The notes below the pieces were generated by a model that was not told where the DNA came from, did not search any database, and saw nothing but the letters and a program-made list of their open reading frames with translations. Shown piece by piece: positions 11,030 to 24,900 of a stretch of DNA of 64,000 nt. The stretch comes from Eledone cirrhosa. Taxonomy: Eukaryota. The DNA is taken from assembly GCA_964016885.1 (NCBI GenBank), contig OZ024742.1, positions 341,620,001 through 341,684,000 of the forward strand, read 5' to 3'. How positions within the stretch are numbered: position 1 is the first letter of the stretch; each line of letters begins with the position of its first letter. The position numbers and the translations under genes are program-made.

Positions 11030-12378
11030 CCGGTTTCGATGTATTCGTAAAATTAGCTTGCAAAGAAGTACTCTGTGTACCCTTGTAAAACGGACCAATT
11101 CGTAATGTTCCCTTCCTACGGGAAAAAAAGACGGTGGAGGTTCAAATTGCTGAGATCCCACCAGAATTAGACAACTGGTGGATTCTAGCATACAAAGTCT
11201 TGGAGGGGAGTGAAACCCTCCTTGAACTAAAGTGGACTCCTCCAGATTAAACAAGAGAAAGTTGACAAAATCCAAGGTACAATTCGGCTTCAGGGTGTCG
11301 TGGGATTATGTGTGGGCACAGAGATCAAAAGGCCCAGGTGTTATTTATATGGGGAACCCATCCACCTAAGATCTTTCTATCCTCTGTAGGGAACAGTAGC
11401 AGCAGTAGCAGCAGCAAATCCATCAACAGCATTAAGAGCATCAACAGAACCACCACCACCAACAGCAGCAACAAAAATCATCAAAGGCACCCAAGGGGAC
11501 TCCCAACTCAGCTCTCCCTCTTCCCCTCTTCCCAACACATACACACACACGCACACACTCACACTCACACACACACATACACACACATGCACTACATCCG
11601 GGAACACAAACACCACAAACACAACCCACAAAACGAAAACATACACAACAAAAACTGTCACACACATTCAGAAATAATCAAACACACACACACACACACA
11701 CATACACACACACACACACACACAAATACACACACACACACACTCAAATACATACACACACATACATACATACACATTCACATACACACACACACAGAGA
11801 GACACACACACATGCACACACATACACACACACACACGCACCAAACATTGAGAAGGGCAAATCAACAACTGATGTCCCTCGAAGCACAAAGCGAGGACGT
11901 AGACCCGGTGGGGGTATTTGGCACAAGTACATTCAAAGTACCACAACTCTACTACTAACACGCATGTCCAAACAGATACACAAAAGCATGTAGTGGAAGC
12001 TTCTCCCATGGCGTAGGAACTACTAACATAAATACCACTAGTAGGCTTTTAAAAGGTTTCCCAAATGAACCCTAACCAGATATAGAGATCTAACTACCCG
12101 ATCTCCATCAGCACCTGGAAGTTAAGTAGACCCCTCCCCTTTTTTGTTAACCCTTTCCAGCCAAAATGGCAATTCTCAGAGTTGGGTGTATAAATATTTG
12201 TGGCCTGGGGTCGTCCTGAAAGCAAGGTCGCTTGCTCAAGGACCTCATGTTACCAGATGTGGATGTGATTACCGTCAGCGAGACCTTCCATGTTTGATGA
12301 CTTCCAGATCTACTCATCTCTTCGTCGACGTGGCGGCGGGGGGTAGCAGTGCTGTTTATGAAAGGCCTGGGTCTGCGT
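11030..12378 (+). mobile_element. Degenerate L1/Tx1-like LINE 5' part (ORF1 remnant and start of the APE endonuclease), interrupted by (CA)n
   Basis: A decayed zinc knuckle RPRCYLYGEPIHLRSFYP near 11330-11385. ATG at 12166 gives MAILRVGCINICGLGSS*KQGRLLKDL...DVITVSET and later GVAVLF, typical of the APE N-terminus. Confidence 0.7.
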
Positions 12379-13062
12379 GTGTGGTGTGTGTGAGAGAGAG
12401 AGAGGAAGTATGTGTGTGAGTCTGTATGTGTGTATTTGTGTATGTCTGTGTATATGCGTGTGTGTGTTTATGTATTTGTGTATTTATGTGTGTTTGTGTG
12501 TTTGTGTGTTTGTGTATTTGTGTCTGTGTGTGTGAGACAATGTGTGTGAGTGTATGTGTGAGAGAGACTGAGAGAGAGAGTGTGTGCGTGTGTGACTGAG
12601 TGTGAGTGAGTGTGTGTGTGTATGATTGTCTGTGAGAGTGTGTATGTGTGTGTGTATGTGTATGTGTGTGTATGTGTGTGTGTGTGTGAGTGTAAGTGTG
12701 TGTGAGAGTGTGTATGAGTATGTGTGTGTGTGTGCCTGTATGTGTGAGTGTGTACGTGTGTGTGTGTGTTTGTGTGTGTGTGAGTGTGTATGTGTGTGTA
12801 TGCATGTGTGTGTGTACCTGTGAGTGGAGTGTGTGTGTATGTATGAGTGTGAGTGTGTGTGTGTGTGTGTTTGTGTGTGTGAGTGTGTGTGAGAGTGTGT
12901 ATGTGTATGTGTGTGTGCCTGTGTGTGTGTGTTTGTGTGTGTGTGAGTGTGTGTGTGTATGCATGTGTGTGTGTGCCTGTGAGTGTGTGTATGTATGCGT
13001 GGGTATGTATGTGTGTGCGTGTGTCTATGTGTGCGTGTGTATGTATGTGTGTGCGTGTGTGT
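12376..13062. repeat. Degenerate (TG)n tract
   Basis: Directly visible. Confidence 0.95.
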
Positions 13063-13171
13063 CCTGTTCTGCTGTTTCAATGTGGATTTGAACTCAACGT
13101 CGAAACCTAAAGAGACCCTCACGTGCTGTAGCTACCCCCCACGCCTTAATCCTACCCCAACCACATTAAAC

Positions 13172-13560
13172 TACCTTCTTCCTCTTCTTCCTCCTCTCCC
13201 TCTCTTCATAGTCCTCCTCCTCCTTCCCCTTCCTCCCTTTCTTCTTCTTCCTCCTCTCTTCCTCTTCTTCCTTTTCTTCTTCTTCTCCCTCTCCACACCA
13301 TCATCTTCATATTTCTTCTTCTCTTTCCTCCTCCCCCGCTCATCATCTTCATCTTTCTCCTCCTTTTTATTCTTCCTCCTCCCCCACTCCTCAGATTCAT
13401 CTTTCTTCTCTCTTTCCCCCTCTCCAATCATCATCTTTATATTTTTTTTTCCTTCCTTCCTCCTCCACTCATCGCCTTCATCTGTCTCCTTCTTTTTCTT
13501 TTTCTCCCCCCCCCCCCCTCTCTTTATCTTTATTATTCTTCCTCTCCGTCGTCATCGTCA
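13172..13560. repeat. (CTT/CCT)-rich low-complexity tract
   Basis: Directly visible. Confidence 0.9.
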
Positions 13561-13804
13561 ACATCTCCACAACGTCTAATGTGCCCCCCCCCCCCAACTC
13601 CTACGTGATAATTGATTATTAAGTGCTTTTAAGAAACCATCATAGAGATTGTTTCCATTACTAGATATCATCGTTGGAATCATCACATATTACCATCATG
13701 GCGTGTCGTTGCATATAACCGCTAGTCGTCGCCACCGTAAGCATGCACGTCATCAAGCCTGAATTACGACTTACATGACATCTATTTATAAATGCCTGCT
13801 GAAA

Positions 13805-14590
13805 GTTAACTCTTAGCATCCTGTAATGATTTAGCAAAACTTATTTTGAAATCACATTGTGAAAACTTGCAATACGAGACTAGAGAAGACTAAAGACATT
13901 GCTGTTTTGTACTTTTCAAGATTGTCTTGCTAATGTAATTTCATCTGGTTTTGTTAATTACTTATAGTGGACAGATTTTATGAAAATTTGCTGTATTATC
14001 TCTAAGTATTCTGCAATGACTTAGCGAAGTCTATCTAAAAATGGATTTGCTAATTCAAATGCTTATAGTATCTTCACTAGTAGATGTGAAGGCTCATGGC
14101 TTAGTGGTTAGAGCATTTGGACTTACAATCGAAAGGTTGTGAGTTCAATTCTCGGACCGGGTGATGTGTTGTTTCCTTGAGCAAGACACTTTATTTCCCG
14201 TTGCTCCAGTTTACTCAGCTGTAGAAATGAGATGATAGGACTGGGATCCCTATCATTGAATCACCCAAGACACCTCCAACGAGATATACCTTAGAGGAGG
14301 ACAGCTAAACATGCATAGGTGTGAGCTGTCACACACATACACACACACACTAGTAGATAGGTTTTCGTGAAATTTTGCAGTATTATCTCTAAACATCCTG
14401 CAATGATTTAGCGGAGTATATCTAAAAATGAATTTGTTAATTCAAATTATGAAAGTTTACAATATTAGAGTAAAGACTTTCATTAAGATAACGACAGTTT
14501 TATTTCGTACTTTCAAGATTGTCTTGCGAATGTAGTTTCGTGTGGTTTTGTTAATTCAACTATTTAGAGTATCTTTACTAGTGGGCAGGT
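13805..14590. repeat. Old diverged tandem repeat (~190-230 bp units) interrupted by a SINE
   Basis: Recurring blocks CTG(C/T)AATGA(T/C)TTAGC near 13820, 14010 and 14398, and GTACTTT(T)CAAGATTGTCTTGC near 13910 and 14507. Confidence 0.7.
14086..14347 (+). mobile_element. tRNA-derived CORE-type SINE (family B) with (CA)n tail and an 11-bp TSD
   Basis: A box TGGCTTAGTGG, B box GAGTTCAATTC, CORE-like CCTTGAGCAAGACACTT...CTCAGCTGTAGAAATGAG. TSD CACTAGTAGAT at 14075-14085 and 14348-14358. Confidence 0.9.
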
Positions 14591-14749
14591 GATCTGCGCT
14601 AGTGGAGTAAAGATTTTAATTGTTAATGTGAAGAAGTCATAGTTTTGTACTGTTCAAAAATCTATTTCACATGCGGTTTCATGTGGCACAGGATTTTAAT
14701 GGTTAAGTCGCCACGTTCATTCAGTAATCAGAAGAAGGGAGGTAGGTGT

Positions 14750-15125
14750 AAAGCCAAACTCACTATCTTCAATTCGGTATTCGCGCCAACCCTTACCTAT
14801 GGTCATCAATCTTGGGTAATAACTGAAAGAATATGAGCGTGAATACAAGCGACCGAAATGGGGTCTCCGAAGGCTCTTTGGAGTAACGTTACTCAAACGT
14901 AGCTCGGAAATCAGAGCGTCTCTCCGGGTAGAACCGCTACTTCTCCGAATTGAGGGATCATAGTTCCGATACTATGGACATGGGGTTAGAATGTCTCAGG
15001 AAAGAATCGCTGGACAGATGTTACAGGCAAAACCAACCGGAAAGAGACCCAGGAGTAGACCCCGAGCATGATGGTTAGATAACATCCATGAGCTTGACTG
15101 GTCTCGCTTGGGGATCCAGCTCCCA
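14750..15125 (+). mobile_element. Degenerate RTE-clade LINE RT C-terminal fragment
   Basis: AKLTIFNSVFAPTLTYGHQSW..., IQATEM..., FRYYGHGVRMSQER...GKRPRSRPR..W, with stops and frameshifts. Confidence 0.8.
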
Positions 15126-15367
15126 TGACCCTCTCAGGAATAAGTGGGCGAATGAAAATACAAACGAAGGACACAGAATTCCAGGATCATCGGCCGTTGA
15201 GATGAACTTTGGCAGTTTCGGCCTCAACCAACGGTACTGCAGCTCCACCCGAGGTCACAGCGTCGGACACAAGCCAAAGGCTGTCCAGTGGTGTAAGAGA
15301 CGAGAGACAAAACATTAATTTATAGCAAGTAAGCTACAAGTACATACAGGTCAGGTGTGTAGGGAGG

Positions 15368-15938
15368 TTATATGCACCGCTCCTGGTTATCTTTCAGCAG
15401 TTTCGGCACCATCTTCGAACAGATCTTCCGCATACCCAAATCTTCTATGATAATCTTCCAAACGCTGTCACGGTTCATGACCAACTCACTTGCGATCATT
15501 CGAACTGTCAATCGCCAAGCACCACATGTCTCATGCTCAACGTTGGCCTCTGTCGTGTTCGTTGGAGGCCTTCCACTCGTGAGGTTCGTCTTCCATGTCC
15601 TCGTGAATCGTTTGTGCCACTCAAACATCCGTGAGCACGACATCGTCTCATCTCCGTATACAGGCTGCAGTATTCCGAATGCTTCTGATAGAGTTTTCCC
15701 CAGCCAGACCAGAAACTTCACATTGGTTCGTTGCTCTGAGCCCATCACCCTACGGCCTAAAATTGAGGAGATGTTAACAAAAACACGTGAAAAAGTATGC
15801 AGTGGCTGCAGAGTGTTGAGGTCCCAGTTAAATACTCTCCGGATATTACATTGCACGGTGACGTACCACACTAATCTCTAATCTATTCATAGCTCACACA
15901 ACACACTAAGTCCTGTTACTTTTCTGACACACCTCGTA
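15368..15938 (-). mobile_element. Mariner transposon 5' fragment (left TIR and HTH region); catalytic domain missing
   Basis: EQRTNVKFLV.LGK...YGDETMS...FEWHKRF...SGRP...RLTVRMIASEL...LGMRKICSKMVPKLL. The terminus reads TA-CGAGGTGTGTCAGAAAAGTAAC on the minus strand, with TA at 15937-15938. Confidence 0.9.
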
Positions 15939-16654
15939 CATATGTAATGCTGACGGACGTGAGAATTAATACTCAGTACTGAAGTAGAGTTTAAATATTC
16001 TCTATTATGTCTCAGTAGTGAGTCTTGTTACTCTGGAGTTCTACCTGCCTACTCACAGAATCAATAAAGTCTCTTGTATGATGATGATACTGTGAGTAGA
16101 CAGGTGGGACTTCACTCATCACTGAGCCACAACAAGACGACAACAAGACAACAACAACGCCAACAAGACGACAACAACAACAACAAGACGACAACAACAA
16201 TGCCAACAAGACAACAACGACAATAACAAGACGACAGTCTAAAACCAAATTCTGTTATAATACTCTTCTGTGTATTTTATTCCTTTATATGTATATTTAC
16301 TGGCTCAGTGATGAGTGTGTATATATATATATATACATACAAGAAATGTAAGCAACAGGCTAAAATTAACCTCGTTTATTCACATTCGCTGTTATATATA
16401 TTTCAGTGATAGCCATTATCCAACAGCTATGACCTCATCAAGCAGTTAGAACTTGAACAGAAAAAACAGGAAAACATAATGTTGCAATAGATTTTACCTT
16501 GTTAGTTCGTTGATATGTTCAGATCCAAAGCGTGGTGTTAATTCTCTGAGGAACTGAAATACACGTGCTTTTTCTCAAACTTTTTTCGATCCTTCCAGTT
16601 CTCTCTCTACATTATTATTTCATACTTTCTAGCATAGTTACGTCCCTTTACAGT

Positions 16655-16772
16655 CTGAATTCAAATCCCGCCGAGGTTAACTTTGCCTTTCATCCTTACG
16701 GGATCAATAAAATAAAGTACCAGTAATACACTGGGTAATTGCTGGCCTTGTGCCAAAAGTAGAAACAATTAT
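16655..16772 (+). mobile_element. SINE family A copy (B box to 3' end)
   Basis: GAATTCAAATCCCGCCGAGGTTAACTTTGCCTTTCATCC...GTGCCAAAAGTAGAAACAATTATT. Confidence 0.85.
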
Positions 16773-16917
16773 TTCATACTTTATTTCTAATTCTATCTTC
16801 TGATGAAGGACTAGTGCCCGTAACACAAAGACTCTTTCCCTACTATATCAAACGTTAAACTAATATAATTCGTCATTCTATTGTGTTGTTTGCTTTTTTT
16901 TTCCGTTTACTTTTTGC

Positions 16918-16953
<36 letters not shown>

Positions 16954-17024
16954 GTGTGTGTGGTGATATATATATATATATATATATATAAAGACAGAGT
17001 GAAAGTTTGAGAGTGCAAGGCGAA

Positions 17025-17107
17025 AGAAGAAGAAGAAGAAGAAGAAGAAGAAGAAGAAGAAGAAGAAGAAGAAGAAGAAGAAGAAGAAGAAGAAGAAGAA
17101 GAAGAAG

Positions 17108-17148
<41 letters not shown>

Positions 17149-17400
17149 CGTTGCCAACAATAACAATAGTAACAAAGATAACCCCTACAACAACAATAGC
17201 AGCAACAACAAGACGTCAACGACAACAACAACGCCAACAACAAGACGCCAACGACAACAACAAGACGCCAACAACAACAACAAGACGCCAACGACAACAA
17301 CAACGCCAACAAGACGTCAACGACAACAACAACGCCAACAACGCCAACAACGCCAACAACGCCAATAACGCCAACAAGACAACAACAACAACAAGACGAC
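17025..17400. repeat. (GAA)n, then (CAA)n, then a degenerate CAA/GAC/GCC array
   Basis: Directly visible. Confidence 0.95.
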
Positions 17401-17649
17401 AGTCTAAAACCAACTTCTGTTATAATGCTCTCCTGTGTATTTTATTCCTATATTTGTTTTATCTGAATCTTTGGCGATTTTATTGCAAGTGAATGATTGA
17501 AGAAAGACTTGCTTGAAAGAAAACAGCAGATATTTAATGTCCGCCATGATAAAGACCGGATGTAGATTGGATGTACGCCGGATGTGGAGTTGTGTTCTGT
17601 TCACAATATTTTTGTATGGACATATTCTAACGTGTGTTTAAACATGGAG

Positions 17650-18790
<1,141 letters not shown>

Positions 18791-19470
18791 TGAGAACGTG
18801 GAATTGTAAAGAAAGTGAGATGATAAGAGTAGCAGAGAAAAGGAGCAGGAACGGAGTGACGAGGCGGGGAAACAGATAGGGAGAGTAAAATATAGAAAGA
18901 GAGAGTGAGAGAGAAGAAAGAGAGACAGAGATGTATTTTAGTTGTCTTCCTAAAGCAATTTAAAATTATTTTATTTTCAAATATCTAAATGTTTTATAAA
19001 CCTTTTTTATTTATTCTTTAGGGAGGATTTTTTTTCGGTCATTTCTTTAGGGCTTTTTTTTTCCGAAACGCCATAAGGCCATCTTCATTGACTTGCAAAT
19101 ATCTCCTTCAAGTTGAATGTTCCCATACACATTATAACCGGAAACTGTTTTATATTATTTACTATAAAACTAATGACAAATGATTCGTTTGTTTTTCTCT
19201 AACCTCAGAAAAAGCAACAATAACAATACTATAGATTGTAGAAGACAAGGAAGAAATAACGGATTGTTATAAAATGTTAACAGTAAGCGATTCATTAAGA
19301 ATAATTCTCATTTTAAATGGACGATAACAACAAATAACAAACATTTCCCTTCACTGTTTTCCTTGTGGCGGTCTATAATACATCTGATCGTTAACAGGAG
19401 GAATATAATGGTATTGACGTTGATAGCATTGGTAATCCTACTGTTGAATAATAACACTTACAATAATAAT

Positions 19471-19658
19471 AATTGTTTCTACTTTTGGCACAAGGCCAGT
19501 AATTACCCAGTGCATTACTGGTACTTTATTTTATCGACCCCGTAAGGATGAAAGGCAAAGTTAATCTCGGAGGGATTTGAACTCAGAATGGCAAGGGCCG
19601 TAACTCTATGTATCAAAGCATGGCGTCCGACCCTCTACCGATACTGCCAATCCACCAA
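19471..19658 (-). mobile_element. SINE family A, full copy, inserted at the tail of a truncated family A copy (19677-19730)
   Basis: Same consensus as 4421-4597; ACTTACAATAATAAT is duplicated at 19456 and 19661. Confidence 0.9.
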
Positions 19659-19744
19659 TTACTTACAATAATAATAATTGTTTCTACTTTAGGCACAAGG
19701 CCAGCAATCACTTAGTGCATTACTGGTACTAATGATGATAATAA

Positions 19745-20840
19745 TAATGGTTTCATGTATTGACCACAATGACCGACATGTAGGGGACAATACAATAGAC
19801 GGGGACAGTGGGGAGTTTTACACAAAAATCGAGTAAAAAATAGGAAAACAATAACAATAAACAAGAAAAATACAACAATGAAAATTCCCCAATAGGGGGG
19901 GGGGGATAAGTACCTAGGGTTGATTCAGGTACACCACCAATCCTGAACCACCCGACGCTTCGAGAGCACTCTTCTCCTCCTCAAATTCACCAGCCTACAA
20001 GGCGCATGATCAGAGTAGCCCCACTCACACGGGCCATTCTCGCCACATTCACCCACCTTTCATCAAATGTACTGAGGGGCAGACTTCTCTCTCCACCCTC
20101 ACCTTCCTATCCAAGTAAAACTTGAAAAAGTTGATGAGAGATTGGTCGAAGAGAAAAGTGTCTGTCTTCAGTCCTTTCAACCTGGTCCACCATACAACCT
20201 CTTTCGCTACTGCCACCAGACAGAGGAAAATTGCCTGCCCTTCCTGGCCAAAAGAAGGCGACGGATCGATCTTCACTATGGACTCGGCCGATAGCCGAAT
20301 CCGTTCTACACGCGACAACAGCTGTTCGACATAACTCCACAAGTCAGTAATGCACGGACACTGGACGAGTGCGTGCAGAACGGTTTAGTTGCTCTGTGCG
20401 CATCTTGGGCAGGTCCGTCTGACAACACTTCTGTGCCTGTAGAGTTTATCTCGCTTGGCAGTGCCCCCCGGTAGCACTGCCAAGCGAGGGATTTTTAGAA
20501 GTTATCCGTCGTCCTCAGCTCGAAAGTTCTCCGGAACAGACTGGTAAGCTCGACTTTGTCGATGCCCAGAACTTCTTCGAGTGAGTCGTCACACTTGCTT
20601 ACCACTAATCCTCTATAGAACTCGAGAGTGGAAGTTCCACTGACCGCATTGCCCCGTAGGGGGCAGTGAGTGCCTGGCAACATTCCAGACGCCAGCAACC
20701 CAGTCTCGGTTTCTTCTTGACCCAGGACTGCAGCTCAGTCAAAGAGATGAGCTGCCGAAAGGCCCGTCTTACAAACGGCGACTACACCTGTTCACCGTTA
20801 AGGGGTTACCGGTTTAGTCGCCGAGAACCCAACCATGCAG
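19745..20840 (-). mobile_element. L1/Tx1-like LINE 3' end (ORF2 C-terminal CCHC finger and 3' UTR), degenerate
   Basis: TCPRCAQSN*TVLHALVQCPCITDLWSYVEQLL...VAVAKEVVWWTRLK...; ends in a (TTA/TCA)n tail on the minus strand. Confidence 0.8.
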
Positions 20841-20893
20841 AGGTTGTACTGGGTTACATGTTACCAGTAGCACATACATACACAAACGCATGA

Positions 20894-20931
<38 letters not shown>

Positions 20932-20973
20932 ATGTGTGTGTGTGTATATATAATAAAAAATATATATATATAT

Positions 20974-21052
20974 ATAGGAAAAGGTTCAGGACCCCGACGG
21001 CAGAGCTCAAGCTGTCTCGACGGCTATTTCTGGGTCTTGAACCTTTTCCTAT
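20974..21052 (+). repeat. 21-bp inverted repeat in a short element flanked by (TA)n
   Basis: ATAGGAAAAGGTTCAGGACCC / GGGTCTTGAACCTTTTCCTAT, with one G-T opposition. Confidence 0.9.
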
Positions 21053-21128
21053 TACCCACTCTACTACCCAAAGTATCGAGTACTCTGGTGCGTTATGGTC
21101 CACCTGGTTCCTTACCACATTTCCTTCG

Positions 21129-21196
<68 letters not shown>

Positions 21197-21330
21197 ATAT
21201 ATATATTTATATGTATATATATATATATATACATATAAATATATATATATACACACATATATTTATATGTATATATATATATATGTGTATATATATATAT
21301 TTATATGTATATATATATATATACATATAA

Positions 21331-21426
<96 letters not shown>

Positions 21427-21559
21427 ACTAGAAATTGATTGACATATATATATATATCTACAATAAACATGAAACAATCACATTGGAATGTTTGGGCATA
21501 TTCTAGAGTGGATATGGCGCATGTCTCTCGGACATGACAGTCTAAAGTCTGTCTCAAGC

Positions 21560-21815
21560 CAGAAGGCTCATATGGCCGGTGCTTATCCCGGTTTCATGGT
21601 GTGAAGCGACTGAGAGTAAAAGACTCCCCCTGGACAGGACGCCAGTCCATCGAAGGGTTAAACCTCCAGCTATAACTGGTACTCATTTTCAGGTGAGTAA
21701 GCTGGAGCAAGGTGAAATAAAGTTTCTTGCTCAAGGAAACAACACATCACCCGGTCCAAGAATTGAACTCACAACCTTTCGATTGCAAGCCTACTGCTCG
21801 AACCACTGAGCCATA
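21560..21815 (-). mobile_element. CORE-type SINE (family B)
   Basis: Reverse complement of TGGCTCAGTGG...GAGTTCAATTC...CCTTGAGCAAGAAACTT, same head and core as 14086. Confidence 0.9.
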
Positions 21816-21833
21816 ACACACTTAATTTAATTT

Positions 21834-21885
<52 letters not shown>

Positions 21886-21936
21886 AAATTAAATTGTTGG
21901 TGTTGTTGGTGTTGTTGGTGTTGTTGGTATTAGTGT

Positions 21937-21995
<59 letters not shown>

Positions 21996-21996
<1 letters not shown>

Positions 21997-24900
21997 CAAC
22001 ACTAACACCAACAACACCAACAACACCAACAACACCAACAACACCAACAGCAACTACAACACCAACAACACCAACAACACCAACAACACCAACAACACCA
22101 ACAACACCAACAGCAACTACAACACAAACAACACCAACAACACCAACAACACCAACAACACCAACAGCAACAACAACACCAACAACACCAACAACACCAA
22201 CGACACCAACAACACCAACAACACCAACAACACCAACAACACCAACAACACCAACAACACCAACAGGAACTACAACACCAACAACACCAACAACACCAAC
22301 AACACCAACAACACCAACAACACCAACAGCAACTACAACACCAACAACACCAACAGCAACTACAACACCAACACCAACAACACCAACAACACCAACAACA
22401 CCAACAACACCAACAACACCAACAACACCAACAGCAACTACAACACCAACAACACCAACAACACCAACAACACCAACAACACCAACAACACCAACACCAA
22501 CAACACCAACAACACCAACAACACCAACAGCAACTACAACACCAACAACACCAACAACACCAACAACACCAACAACACCAACAACACCAACAGCAACTAC
22601 AACACCAACAACACCAATAACACCAACACCAACAACACCAACAACACCAACAGCAACTACAACACCAACAACACCAACAACACCAACAACACCAACAACA
22701 CCAACAACACCAACAATACCAACAACACCAACAACACCTACAACAACAACACCAACAACACCAACAACACCAACAACACCAACAACACCAACAGCAACTA
22801 CAACACCAACAACACCAACAACACCAACAACACCAACAACACCAACAACACCAACAACACCAACAACAACAACACCAACAACACCAACAACACCAACAAC
22901 ACCAACAACACCAACAACACCAACAGCAACTACAACACCAACAACACCTACAGCAACTACAACACCAACAACACCAACAACACCAACAACACCAACAACA
23001 CCAACAACACCAACAACACCAACAGCAACTACAACACCAACAACACCAACAGCAACTACAACAACAACAACACCAACAACACTAACAACACCAATAATAC
23101 CAACAACACCAACAACACCAACAACACCAACAACAACACCAACAACACCAACAACACCAACAACACCAACAGCAACTACAACACCAACAACACCAACAAC
23201 AACAACACCAACAACACCAACAACACCAACAACACCAACAACACCAACAACACCAACAACAACAACACCAACATCACCAACAACACCAACAACACCAACA
23301 ACACCAACAACACCAACAACACCAACAGCAACTACAACACCAACAACACCAACAGCAACTACAACACCAACAACACCAACAACACCAACAACCCCAATAA
23401 CACCAACAACACCAACAACACCAACAACACCAACAACAACAACACCAACAACACCAACAACACCAACAACACCAACAACACCAACAACACCAACAACACC
23501 AACAGCAACTACAACACCAACAACACCAACAGCAACTACAACACCAACAACACCAACAACACCAACAACACCAATAACACCAACAACACCAACAACACCA
23601 ACAACACCAACAACAACAACACCAACAACACCAACAACACCAACAACACCAACAATACCAACAACACCAACAGCAACTACAACACCAACAACAACAACAC
23701 CAACAACACCAACAACACCAACAACACCAACAACACCAACAACACCAACAACACCAACAGCATCAACAACACCAACAACACCAACAGCAACAACAACACC
23801 AACAACACCAACAACACCGACAACACCAACAACACCAACAACACCAACAACACCAACAACACCAACAACACCAACAACACCAACAACAACAACACCAACA
23901 ACACCAACAACACCAACAACACCAACAACACCAACAACACCAATAACACCAACAACACCAACAACACCAACAACACCAACAACAACAACACCAATAACAC
24001 CAACAACACCAACAACACCAACAACACCAACAACAACAACACCAACAACACCAACAACACCAACAACACCAACAGCAACTACAACACCAACAACAACAAC
24101 ACCAACAACACCAACAACACCAACAACACCAACAACACCAACAACACCAACAACACCAACAACACCAACAGCAACTACAACACCAACAACACCAACAGCA
24201 ACAACAACACCAACAACACCAACAACACCAACAACACCAACAACTCCAACAACACCAACAACACCAACAACACCAACAACACCAACAACAACAACACCAA
24301 CAACACCAACAACACCAACAACACCAACAACACCAACAACACCAATAACACCAACAACACCAACAACACCAACAACACCAACAACAACAACAACACCAAT
24401 AACAACAACAACACCAACAACACCAACAACACCAACAACAACAACACCAACAACACCAACAACACCAACAACACCAGCAGCAACTACAACACCAACAACA
24501 CCAACAACACCAACAACACCAACAACACCAACAATACCAACAACACCAACAACACCAACAACAACAACACCAACAACACCAACAACACCAACAACACCAA
24601 CAATACCAACAACACCAACAACACCAACAACAACAACACCAACAACACCAACAACACCAACAACACCAACAACACCAACAGCAACTACAACACCAACAAC
24701 ACCAACAACACCAACAACACCAACAACACCAACAACACCAACAACACCAACAACACCAACAACAACAACACCAACATCACCAACAACACCAACAACACCA
24801 AGAACACCAACAAGACCAACAACACCAACAGCAACTACAACACCAACAACACCAACAACACCAACAACACCAACAACACCAACAACACCAACAGCAACTA

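Noticed and set aside
14086-14165. tRNA gene
   Set aside because: The A/B boxes continue into a SINE core, tail and TSD; it is a SINE head. The same applies to the other copies.
17470-17620. Possible small exon or start codon (MADIKYLLFSFK..., minus strand)
   Set aside because: No recognisable homology or convincing splice signals; cannot be supported without expression data.
19060-19150. Short open stretch or TGAAGA...GAAA motif on the minus strand
   Set aside because: Too short and degenerate to call as either an exon or a ribozyme.
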